Shown here in pieces: positions 12,636 through 24,671 of a stretch of 64,000 nucleotides of DNA. The position numbers and the translations under genes are program-made. Location: positions 20,584,001-20,648,000 of the forward strand of contig NC_043010.1 of NCBI RefSeq assembly GCF_006345805.1, in the 5' to 3' direction. The notes beneath the pieces are model-generated. The model searched no databases and was not told the DNA's origin. It saw only the letters and a list, made by a program, of their open reading frames with translations. The first letter of the stretch is position 1, and each line of letters begins with the position of its first letter. Origin of the DNA: Octopus sinensis. Its lineage: Eukaryota.

Positions 12636-13344
12636 TAGTAAAATATAAAATATTTATTTATACATAAAAATAGGGGCGAGAGTATTATGTGGCCATGAGT
12701 GGGGCGGTGGCCCAAAAAGTTTGACAACCCTTGGATTACATTGAAACCAATGCTCAACTCGTACTTATCTAAGAAATTTTCTATTTTTAAATCTCATAAC
12801 GAGAGATATTCAGCAACAGTACTTTGGAGTAAAGATTGTTTGCCAACATAACATGGCAGTCCTGGTTAAGGACGAATGCTGCTGTAATTTAGCCTGAGGA
12901 GACATCGTCTACAGATGGCTATACGACACAAACGCAACTCCCACTTCAATTCAAAATTTTAAAATAATAATTTAATAACCCCTATTAATATTCCTCTAAT
13001 TTATAAACACTTAATCTCAATGCGTAGTCTTATTGACCCGGCACAGGATGGAAGGCAGAGTCGATGCCGGCGGTGTTTCTTCAGTTCAGAAGGGGAAGAC
13101 GGACGAAATGCCGCTACGCGTTTCGCCAGCTCAGCGTAGGGACAAGGCCCAGTAATGAGTGGAGGTAATGGATAAGTCGGGTGTATTGATTCCAATGCCC
13201 GACTGGTACTTGAAAGGAAGATGAACAGGAGAAAAGATAAATAAATGAAGAAAAAAGATAAAAAGTTGATCTCGGCATGATTTGAACTGGAAATGTAAAA
13301 GGGTCGGAGCGATATACCGCAAGACATTTTGTCTAACGCTACAA

Positions 13345-13451
13345 CAACGATGATGATGATGACGACGACGATAATGATGATGATGATGATGGTGATGCTG
13401 CTGCTGCTGATGATGATGGTAATGATGATAACGACGACGACGACGATGATG

Positions 13452-13516
<65 letters not shown>

Positions 13517-13532
13517 GGTGGTGATGATAATG

Positions 13533-13594
<62 letters not shown>

Positions 13595-13596
13595 GG

Positions 13597-13648
<52 letters not shown>

Positions 13649-13653
13649 GGTGG

Positions 13654-13702
<49 letters not shown>

Positions 13703-13707
13703 GGTGG

Positions 13708-13756
<49 letters not shown>

Positions 13757-13758
13757 GG

Positions 13759-13793
<35 letters not shown>

Positions 13794-13900
13794 GTGGGTG
13801 GTGGTGGTGTGATGATGATGATGATGATGATATGATGATGATGATGATGATGATGATGAGATGATGATAATGATGATGATGATGATGATGATGATGGTGC
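13345..13900. repeat. (GAT)n/(GGT)n compound microsatellite
   Basis: Direct reading. Confidence 0.95.
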
Positions 13901-14469
13901 TGATGCATCTGTCGGCAGTCAGGCGATGGCATTTCCACGCAAGACGAGAAATGAAAGTAAGTTATCAAATGAGTGATCCGAAATGTAAACAACAACACAA
14001 TAAACAATATCGACTGCAACATAAAACAAAATAACAAAAACCACCACCACCACAACCACCACCACCACCAATGCCAACGCCAAAACCACGACCATCACCA
14101 CCAAAAATCAACACTACCACCGCCACCCCCTTCGCCTCCAACAACAACGACAGCAGCGACCACTTGACGCTGATGGCGCTTAGGATGTCGGTGAGGCTCA
14201 ACAGCAGCATCCTTCGACTGTAACTAATGTCGAACCACACCTACAATATCAGCAACAACAACAACCACACCTAGACAAGCAAGCGCGGTAGCCTCTAAGT
14301 GGTCTCTCTCTCTCTCCCTCTCTCTCTCTCTCCACGTGTAAGAAATAGCAGCCAAATCTCGGTTCTCTTAGGGAAATTACAGGATGGTCAATGCTGGACT
14401 GCTTTTAAATAACATCAGCAATGACGATAATGATGGCAAAAGGAAAATAAAGCTTGTAAAATTGAGACA

Positions 14470-14492
14470 GATAGGTAGATAGACAGACAGAC

Positions 14493-14552
<60 letters not shown>

Positions 14553-14553
14553 G

Positions 14554-14585
<32 letters not shown>

Positions 14586-14853
14586 TAGACATACAGATAA
14601 ATAGATACACAAAGAGATTGATAGATAGATAGGCAGGTAGGTAGATAGATAGATAGGTAGATAGGTAGGTAGGTAGGTAGGTAGGTAGGTAGGCAGTTAG
14701 ATAGATAGACAGATAGATACATAAGAGATAGATAGGCAGGTAGATTGATAAATATATTGATAGATAGATAGATAAGTAGGTAGGTAGGTAGATAGATAGA
14801 CTGATAGATAGATAAATAGATAGATAGCTGGATAGATAGACAGACAGACAGAC

Positions 14854-14897
<44 letters not shown>

Positions 14898-14948
14898 GGA
14901 TGGATGGATGGATGGATGGATGGATGGATGATGGATGGATGGATGATG

Positions 14949-15010
<62 letters not shown>

Positions 15011-15060
15011 GATGGATAGGCAGCTAGAGAGGTAGAGAAATAGGTAGATAGATAAATGGA
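14470..15060. repeat. (GATA)/(GACA)/(GGTA)/(GGAT) compound tetranucleotide array
   Basis: Direct reading. Confidence 0.95.
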
Positions 15061-15497
15061 CAGATCGATTGATTGCTTAATTGACAGGAGAGAGAGAAAG
15101 AGTGGCAAAGAGACGGAGAGAGGGAAAGAGAGATACAGAAGGAGAAAGAGAGAGAGAGAGAAATTGGAGTTTGATGGAGCAACAGTTTGTGTCGGCGTCA
15201 GTAAGACGGATATTTAACTTGCCAGTAATCCAAGACGTGCCAGCCATGACAATACCGCCTTTTGCTTGGCTTCCAACATCTAGAAATGCATTATCCAGTC
15301 CGGCTTTCCTTTAGACAGTTGAGGGCTAATTTGGTGGCTATTTCTAGCTTGTCCAATGAACGACTGTGTAGGGACTTCCTGTGTAGAATCTGGTCATCGC
15401 GGCCGATGTTATTTTAGCCTCAGGTAAGTCCTGTACGAATGGACCGACCATCAAAAACACTTCACTTATGGCCATACCGTAATTTTTCCAGGCTGGT

Positions 15498-16275
15498 ATA
15501 CATAATACATACATACATACATACATACATACATACATACATACATACATACATACTTGCATACACACATACATGAATACATACATACACATACATACAT
15601 ACATACACACAACATACATACATACATACATACATACATACATACATACACACATACATACATACATGCATACATACATACTTGCATACACACACATACA
15701 TACATACATACATACACATACATACATACACACATACATACATACATACATACACACACATACACACACATACATGCACACATACATACATATACATACA
15801 TACATACATACCTGTGTGTACATATACATACCTACAACGGACATATACGCACGCGCACATGTATGTATGTATACATATAAATATACACGCATGCATACAT
15901 ATACAGGCAAACAACCACACACACATACACACACGAACACGATACTACATTATTCAATGTGCCTTCTCCCTCTTGAGACGGCAAAGAGTGATTTGTGAGA
16001 GATTGGGCTGCTATTTCTACATGGAGTCTGGACAGCATCCTCTGTTTGTCTCCATGTGTGTTGGTGTAGTTTAATCTACATACATACATACAAGTATACA
16101 TACATACATACATACATACATACATACACACATACATACACACATACATACATGCATACATACATACATACATACACACACACATAGATACATGCATACA
16201 TGCATACATACATACATACATACGTACATACACACATACCTACACACGCAGACGCACAATCATACATACATACGT
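15498..16275. repeat. Two (TACA)/(CA) microsatellite blocks
   Basis: Direct reading. Confidence 0.9.
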
Positions 16276-16711
16276 ATATATTATAGATATGTATGCATGC
16301 TTGTGTGGATGTAAGTATGTAGAGTGATAGAAGTAGAAATAAAGGAGTGGTAAGAGGAGAACATGAAGAAGGAAAAGAAAAAGAAAAAGAAGTAAGAAGC
16401 TAGGAGAAGGAGTAGGAGGTGGTTGCTTTTGTTGTTTGTTACGTTATTGTTATTGTTGTTTTTTGAGAAAGTAGCTCTTACCGTTTGTCCTAAGTGAGAA
16501 AGCGAGTCTCGGCTGTCCTCGTTGATGGTGGGCCGGTGTTAAACCTGTCGGGGTCCCCCACCTTAGCTGCTCCAACAGTACTTAACTCCACCGATGGGAT
16601 ATTCCAATTCGTTAAAAACCTGCCAGCGATGATAGAGCTGGGTTCTTTTTTTTTTTTCTTATTCTTTTTTTTTCCTGCCGACAAAATATTATACTCTCAA
16701 TTTGCTATCTT

Positions 16712-16768
<57 letters not shown>

Positions 16769-17477
16769 ATCTCCGTCTCTCTCACTCTCTCTGTCTATCT
16801 TTCCTTTTCTCTCTCTCTCTCTCTAATATATTGTTGTTACGGTGATAATGAAGAAAAATATAAAGGTGATGCTGATGCACAGATGATTGATATGATGATG
16901 ATGATGATGATGGTAGTAGTGGTGGTGGTGGTGGTGGTGGTTTTGTTGGTGATGATAATGATGGTGATGGATGTGGCATGGCGATGGTAGTTATTTTTCT
17001 ACTGATCGGAGAATGGCACTCGATGGTGGTGAAGGCATCTTACCTGGTACTGATGATAACAGTGATGGTGATGATGATGATGATGATGATGGTGATAATG
17101 ATGATGATAGCGGTGATGGCTGCATACCTGGTGGTTATTACAGTCGTAGTGGTGATGGTAACGATAGTGGGTGATATGGCAATGATAAGGGGCGGGGGAA
17201 GACGGTGGGGGCATTATAAGAGAAGTGGTAGTGGTGGTGGTGGTGGTACTGATGTTAGTCTAGTAATAAATGGCGGTGATGATGAAGTTGGTGGTGGTGG
17301 TGATGATGATGATGGTGGCGGCGGTGGTGGTGGTGGTGGTGATGATGATGGTGGTGATGGTGGTGGTGGTAGTAGTGGTGGTGGTGGTGGTGCCAGTGCT
17401 GGTAGTGATGGTAATGGCAACCGTACTGTAGATTACTTTCATCTAAATTTCTTTTTATCTAAAATATTATTTCCTTG

Positions 17478-17513
<36 letters not shown>

Positions 17514-17737
17514 AGTCTCTCTATGTCTCTCTCTCTCTCTCTCTCTCATATACAGTCACTCTCTCTCTCTCTTTGTCTTCTCCTCCTTCTCTCACTCACT
17601 GCATATCACTTACCATTTCTCAGAACATCATTCCTCGTCTTTCTCACTCCTTTTACTATTAATGTCTCTCTCTCTCACTCTCTTTCTCTCACTCTCTCTC
17701 TCTCCATACACACAAATTCCTCTTACCTTTTCACTGC

Positions 17738-17772
<35 letters not shown>

Positions 17773-17877
17773 ACTCAAACACACACACACACACACGTAA
17801 ATTCCTTTCACCTTTTCGGTAGATTTTTCTCTTATTCTCACGTTCCATCCATCGATATTTTTATTCCTAAAATAAAA

Positions 17878-17915
<38 letters not shown>

Positions 17916-18279
17916 ACAAACACACACAAACATACGCATACGCACACATTCAGAAAAGTGTATGCATGTACACGTGCATATTGTGTACTCTGTAGGTACT
18001 CTTAGTTGGGTGTATATGTTTGTATATGGTGTATATATGCGCTTGTGTGTGTATGTGTGTCTTATGGTATGTGATTCCCAAGTTATGCTTGTCTTAACAC
18101 AAAAGCAGAAATCAGTAAACAAAGTTGTACAAAAGCCATTCTGCTATTCTCTTGGTGAGTATAGAACTGTCACGCTTTATGTATTCTACTCGTCTACTAT
18201 CCTAAGATTCCACTATTCTGTTATTCTTCTTAATATCTGTAGATTCACCATAGAACAGTACATCATATATAATCTTTCT

Positions 18280-18674
18280 TTTATTCTTTTATTTGTTTCA
18301 GTCATTTGACTGCGGCCATGCAGGAGCACCGCCTTTAGTCGAGCAAATCGCCCCCAGGACTTATTCTTTGCAAGCCTGGTACTTATTCTATCGGCCTGTC
18401 TTGCCGAACAGCTAAGTGACGGGGACGTAAACACACCAGCATCGGTTGCGGGGGGGGGGACAAACATAGACACACAATCATATATATATATATATATTTG
18501 GGGAGAGAAGAAAAATATATGTGTGTATATATATATATATACACACTAAGGGCTTCTTTTCAGTTTCCATCAAGGCTTTAGTAGAAAACACCTGCCCTAG
18601 GTGCCACTCAATGGGACTGAACCCGGAACCATGTGGTTGGTAAGCAAGCTACTTACCACACAGCCACTCCTGCG

Positions 18675-18680
<6 letters not shown>
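18280..18680 (-). mobile_element. SINE family A
   Basis: Tail 18280-18470, (TA) core, head 18545-18680. Confidence 0.85.
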
Positions 18681-18726
<46 letters not shown>

Positions 18727-18745
18727 ATATATATATTTATAGTAT

Positions 18746-18836
<91 letters not shown>

Positions 18837-19062
18837 TATTGATAGAAATGGCAAACACAAAAGAATGAAAGAGACCTCGATATTATGTAAATAGAGGGAT
18901 TTATCTGTAAATATAATATGTGACAATTATCCATGATAAAACTCCGAGTTTCGGATGTCGAGGCGGAAACCCACGCCGGCATCTCTTCCCTTATCCGGCC
19001 ATCGAAAAAAACGCTATATCTTGTGTGTGTGAGTGGAGAGAGTGAGAAAGAGAGGGAGGGAG

Positions 19063-19117
<55 letters not shown>

Positions 19118-19143
19118 GAGAGATTAGTAGTAAAAGGAGTGAG

Positions 19144-20223
19144 ATATGTTACTTTATTAGCCACACAGGGCTGCACACAGACAGGACAGATTACAAAGTA
19201 GAGCTTTTCTTTTTTGGGGAGAGAAAAAAAAAAGTGGGGTAGGTTTTCGATCAAAAGGGATCGTAAAAGGGAAAGAAGAAAAAAAGGAAAAGAAAAAAAC
19301 GATCAATAGGTATCGTGTATCACAGTGTTATGATGTAAAGTGTAAAGGGGGGAAGCAGATAAGGTTTATCTGTGGGAAGAAAAGACTACGGAAAAGACCA
19401 CGGTAACCTCAGTCAATAATGTCACATGTTATCATATTTGTTTGCAAGTAGGTAACCCTCTGTTTTAAATTTTCCGGGTTCATAGGATTATGCTTAAGGT
19501 GGCTTCGTCATTCATACGTGCCATCCTTGCTACATTCACCAATCTTTTTTTGAAACATTCGCTAGGCAAAACTTGCCTCTCTACTTTCACTTTTCTTTTC
19601 AAGTGATACTTGAAAAAGTTGATGAGAGATTAACCAGAGAGGAAAGTGTTTGTCTCCAATCCTTTCAGACGCGTTCACCAGATATATTCTTTCGCCATAT
19701 AGCTCTTCCTTCCCGTTTGAATGAAGGAGGCGTGACAATATTGACGATAGACTCGGCTGATAAACCGACTCGTCCCGCACGTGACAGCAGTCGTTCGACA
19801 TAAGCCCACAGGTCGGAAATTGTTGGACACTGCACGAGTGTCTGCAGAACGGTTTTGTTGTTCTGACCGCATCTCGGGCAGGTCGGCCCCGTGTTTCTCG
19901 AGCCGTGTCTGTAGAGCTTATCCCGAACGGGTGGCGCTTCTCGGTAGTACTGCCAGGCCAGGGATCTCTGGAAGTTGTCCATGGGGCCTGGCCCGAAAGT
20001 CTTCTCAAACAGGCGGGTCAGATATTCCTCGTCGACGTCCAGGTTCACCCCGAGCTCGTGTCGTACCTCCCCTCCACTAATCCCCTATAGAATGCTTTGG
20101 TTGTGTTGAAGTCACTCAAGGTCGACCCGGAACGGCAGAGTTGCTTGAGAGCAACGCGACACTCGCGGTGCCATTCGCCCTTCCTCGGCCTCTTTTTGAT
20201 CCACGACTGCAGTTCGGTCATGG
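19144..20223 (-). mobile_element. 5'-truncated Tx1/L1-like LINE 3' end
   Basis: TELQSWIKKRPRKGEWHRECRVALKQLC...RDKLYRHG...CPRCGQNNKTVLQTLVQC (degenerate CCHC), then 3' UTR and AATAAA at 19158-19153. Confidence 0.85.
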
Positions 20224-20316
20224 AGACGAGGAATGATGTTCTGGGAAATGGTAAGTGATATGAAGTGAGTGAGAGAAGAAGAAGAAGACAAAAATATCGC
20301 ATTTTTTCGATGGCCC

Positions 20317-20377
20317 GATAACTGAAGAGATGCCGGTCTGGGTTTCCGCCCCGACATCCGAAACTCGGAGTTTTATC
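20317..20377 (+). ncRNA. Type I hammerhead ribozyme candidate with all core nucleotides
   Basis: GAUAA / CUGAAGA (20322-20328) / GAUG...CAUC+C / GAAA (20360-20363) / CUC-G-GAG / UU / UUAUC; stem I 5 bp perfect. Confidence 0.65.
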
Positions 20378-20464
20378 ATGGCTACAGAATAATTGTCGCA
20401 TATTATATTTACATATGTATATATATTCTCCTATTTTCCTACTTGTTGTGTGTAGAGGTGTCAT

Positions 20465-21135
20465 GGTATATATTCTACTATTCTAAACCCAGGTAATTCC
20501 ATTATTCTACTATTCTACTCTCATGCAATCCCATTATTCTGCTATTCTAACACTTAACAACTTTGTGTAGACATGCCATGCTATATATTCTACTATTCTG
20601 CAGTGGATTTACTAAGGTATATTCCTCAGTTCCAATATTCTGATTTTCCATTACTTAACTTTTTAATATTTCTAGATACACCAACATATTTATTCTGCTA
20701 TTATTTTATTCCACTATTCTATAATTCGACAATTTAGTGTCTGTTGTCTGTAGAATTACAAAGGTCTATATTCTGCTGATCCGCTATTCCGTCTGTTATT
20801 CCACTTCTCAATAACTTGGTGTTTGGCATCTATAACTCTATCAAGACATACATATTCGTACTAAGGTAGGTTTAGAAAAGCATATATTCTGTTATTCTAC
20901 TGTTTCACTATTCTACTATCCTATATTACATTGTTTGATAACTTGGTAACTATATTCTACCAAGGGATACATTCAATTAATCTTTTATTCTATTATTCCT
21001 CTATGCTACTATTCTCCCATTACGCTGCTTGACAACTTGATATCTGTAAATTTACCAAGCTATATATTCTATGATTCTTCAATTCTACTATTCCGCCATT
21101 GTACTATATCACTACTTGATAACTTGGTACATCTA
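20465..21135. repeat. Old degenerate satellite (tatattctactattct / gataacttggtatctgtagat motifs)
   Basis: Motifs recur many times here and at 18140-18260 and 26870-27070. Confidence 0.6.
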
Positions 21136-21172
21136 GATATGTCAACTTATATATAATGAAATTATTGTATAC

Positions 21173-21250
21173 AGTGCTCAGGTGCACCACAAGTGCTCAG
21201 GTGCACTACAAGTGCTCAGGTGCACCACAAAGTGCTCAGGTGCACCACAA
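21173..21250. repeat. 19-bp tandem repeat x4 (agtgctcaggtgcaccaca)
   Basis: Units at 21173, 21192, 21211 and 21231. Confidence 0.95.
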
Positions 21251-21394
21251 GTTATATTCAGTTAATCTTGTATTTCTATTGCAGATTTACCAAAATATAC
21301 ACAATTAATTATCCGGCAAGATTGGAACCGAAAGAGTACAGGACTTCTGGTTGTTTGGAGACAGCTTAAGCACATATTTAAAATATAAAATAAA

Positions 21395-21762
21395 CTAGCT
21401 ATTTTGACCCACGCTTCGCTCGGGTTTTGGTGGTGGTGTTGTTTTGTGCGTGTTGTCTCCTTTTCCCTTTCTTCTTTTGTTCGTCTTCTTTGTCTGGTTC
21501 TTTTTATTGCTCTCTTCTTTTTCTTTTTCTTATTTAAAAAATTTTTTTTTTAAAACTCAATTTTTCCACTATTCCTCACCATGGCAACCAAACGGTAGCC
21601 CCGAGCGACTTGCAACCCTCCTCACATCATTGCCCACCCCATTTTACCCCCCAGTGTAAATTTTGGCGCCAATCCGACCCCATCTACCGTTCCCTTCCCA
21701 AAATGAGACAAATAACCAAGAAATCAAACAACTTTTTCGCATTTCAGCTTTATAGATATTGA
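21395..21762 (-). mobile_element. Short non-autonomous Helitron-like element
   Basis: Minus strand A|TCAATATCTATAAAG ... gcgaagc hairpin ... AGCTAG|T; homologous to 43866-44303. Confidence 0.7.
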
Positions 21763-22473
21763 TTAGGTAAAAGTACAGAACGGTATTGTACACAATAGCT
21801 TCAAATAAATACACTTCTAAAGCTGGCTCCGCTTGGAATTCTTGAAACATATCATACTGTGCCCTGTATAATGTTTTCAAGATAAACATTAAGCGAAGAA
21901 AAGCGAAAACAAAAACATGATGTTATTTAACAGATACAGATACAAATTAATACTTAACAGATACAGGTACAGATTAGCACAAGTTTAAAGCAGAGTGTTT
22001 TATTTTAACCAATCCACTTTGAACGTAAAGAACAAAACGATTTCTAACACATCAGAGTCAAATCAACCAGCTTCAAAAACAGGATTTGTTCATTCAATAT
22101 AGAGTACAGAATATTGCACAGTGTTCCTGGAGTTCTGGGAGCCGGATAAGTGGTTCGGTGCCGTATATTCCCCAAATTGAAACGAAATCTATTTCCTTTT
22201 TCTTTCGATTCCTTTGAAATCTGTTTATTTATCTTAATTGACATCGTATTATCCTTATTGCGAGTAGTGAGTGAGGTGAATGCGTCCGAGGCTAATTAAG
22301 GTGTTTTTTTCTACTACTAAGAGGAATAAAATAATCTGTTCCCTTAATATCTTAATAAGGACATTCTAAGTCTAAGTGATACCAGAACTATAGTCATATC
22401 GTATTTCGAAGCAAACTCTCCTCTCATGAACCCAGTTGTTTAATGATCCCCTCACCTGGAATATGTTTTAGAA

Positions 22474-22810
22474 TAGTGTTTCTCAACCGGAGACATAGGG
22501 CTCTTGAGGGTCCATATAAGATTTCGGGGGGGGGGGGATGCAACAAAATAGTAAAATGGAGATTCATACTAGTATTGTAAGCCCCCCCCCCCAAAGTTCT
22601 GCTTTAGATGTATTTTTTGCTGTGTATGGCAAGAAACAGTTGGGTTTCTTTCTCTAACATTTTACATTGTTCAACCAACAAAATAGGAATTTTGAAAGAA
22701 GTTTCTATAAAACTAGTTTTTAAAGATCGAATCGCTATGGGGGGGGGGTGTCCATCAGAATAAAATAGTCATCAAAAGGGATCCATAGATAAAATTGATC
22801 GAGAACCCTG
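22474..22810. mobile_element. hAT (Charlie-like) MITE
   Basis: Imperfect TIRs tagtgtttctcaacc / gatcgagaaccctg; exact 8-bp TSD TTTTAGAA at 22466-22473 and 22811-22818. Confidence 0.85.
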
Positions 22811-23397
22811 TTTTAGAAGGACTATCTAATACTTCAATCCTCAGTTCGCTTCATCCACCCGAAACCTTGAACAAAGCTGCATGGGAATGTCTACCCTGGA
22901 TGAATACTTGCTGCCACTGAACCGGCCAAGTGCACATAGATGTTACGTCCAAGGATATTAGGGCACATATGCAGCAGAAACACGTGTCGGAGTGGAACTT
23001 AATGAGAATGATATTGTAAGAAACAAATTTTGAAAATGAATAATTCTCCATAGTGGACACGTGTGGCCTAGTGGTTGCGGGTATTTGAACTCATGGTCGT
23101 AAGATTATGGTTTTAATTCCTGGACCGAGCTTCACGTTGTGTTCTTGAGTAAAACATCTCGTTTCACATTACTCCAGTTCATAAAGCTAGCAAAATTGAG
23201 TAATCCTGCGTCGGACCTGCGTCATATCTAAGGGCTATATGGACAAACATACATACATACATACATACATAATACATACATACATACATACATACATACA
23301 TACATACATACATACATACATACATACATACATACATACATACATACGTATGTATATACATATATATTTATGTATATATGTAGGTATGTATCTATGA

Positions 23398-23529
23398 ATT
23401 TTAAATTTTTTTAATTTTTAATTAGCTAACCCGATTATTTTTGTAGTTAATTTTTTTGCTTCGTTAAATTTATGTCTTTACTAGATATTTTCATAACGGG
23501 AATTGTAATATTAATAAAACGCTGAAGGG

Positions 23530-23565
<36 letters not shown>

Positions 23566-23658
23566 AAATATCTAGTAAAGACATAAATTTAACGAAGCAA
23601 AAAAATTAACTACAAAAATAATCGGGTTAGCTAATTAAAAATTAAAAAAATTTAAAAT
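23398..23658. repeat. Perfect 93-bp inverted repeat with 75-bp spacer
   Basis: 23398-23490 is the exact reverse complement of 23566-23658. Confidence 0.95.
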
Positions 23659-23802
23659 ATGGAGTAAACATTATCTGAGAGAAATTTTCTTTAAGTAGTA
23701 GAAATGGCTAAAAAAATTTTTTCTGGCTGCTATTTCTACTAAGTTCAGTATGTGGCAAAGTAATTTATTTTACTAAGCCCTAATTATACATATATATATA
23801 GA

Positions 23803-24030
23803 CGAGCTGGCAGAAACGTTAGCGCGCCGGGCGAAATGCTTAGCGGTATTTCGTCTGTCGTTACGTTCTGATTTCAAATTCCGCCAAGGTCGACTTTCCC
23901 TTTCATCCTTTCGGGGTCGATAAATAAAGTACCAGTTTCGCACTGGGGTCGATGAAATCGACTTAATCCCTTTGTCTGTCCTTGTTTGTCCTCTCTATGT
24001 TTAGCCCCTTGTGGGTAGTAAAGAAATATA
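23803..24030 (+). mobile_element. SINE family B, near full length
   Basis: cgagctggcagaaacgttagcgcgccgggcgaaatgcttagcgg...ccttgtgggtagtaaagaaat; matches the reverse complement of 56280-56520. Confidence 0.85.
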
Positions 24031-24187
24031 TATATATAGAGACCCCTTCAGTGTTTTATTAACATTACAATTACCGTCTGGCAGAGTGAATTGCGTCACG
24101 CTGTTGCTTTTTGCACAGACGGTGCCCAAGCGACCCTACCATACTGCGCAGTCGACAAAATCAAAAAGAAACAATGCGTACGCGCGA

Positions 24188-24237
<50 letters not shown>

Positions 24238-24384
24238 ATATATATACACACACATATTGTTTTTCTCTCGTTTGGAACGGTTCTGGTAATCTTCCTTCTA
24301 TCATTTGATTGTTTGTTCCTTTCTAGGCTATAAAACGTCTTTTCATATTTTTTGTTGATCGTAATTATTCCTACCAATATGTAA

Positions 24385-24472
24385 TTCCTGACGAAGAATC
24401 CAATTTTTATTTCAAGAAGAGTTTTTCGTTTTTGCCTTTGGAATTAATTAGACTCCGAAACAATTTGTAGAC
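24385..24472 (+). ncRNA. Type I hammerhead-like motif with long stem II
   Basis: CUGACGA 24388-24394, gaauccaauu.../aauuagacuc imperfect stem II, GAAA 24457-24460, ACAA/UUGU, GUA 24467-24469; stem I only 2 bp. Confidence 0.5.
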
Positions 24473-24588
24473 TATAGATTCGTTTTGTTACCAACTTGGA
24501 TTTGAATTAAAGATCGTCTACATCTACATATTTTCCCCCTTTCCTTATACACACACACACACACACGCGCATACACACGCGCACACGC

Positions 24589-24669
<81 letters not shown>

Positions 24670-24671
<2 letters not shown>

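Larger units (their letters stand above)
11660..12733. mobile_element. hAT-type MITE with two nested SINEs
   Basis: Imperfect TIRs cataggttctcaaa / tttgacaacccttg; exact 8-bp TSD GATTACAT at 11652-11659 and 12734-12741. Confidence 0.8.
18840..20430. mobile_element. Non-autonomous PLE-like element with inverted hammerhead-bearing ends, interrupted by a Tx1-like LINE
   Basis: 18905-19020 and 20295-20412 are ~115-bp diverged inverted repeats; the CT-rich body matches the uninterrupted paralog at 17572-17665. Confidence 0.6.

Noticed and set aside
7872-20223. All three Tx1-like fragments on the minus strand, as evidence of a host transcript direction
   Set aside because: Only three cases, and other LINEs occur on both strands.
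22851-23060. Possible Helitron helicase relic (SHGQL...CSR-like)
   Set aside because: Needs several indels to fit; too weak without a profile search.
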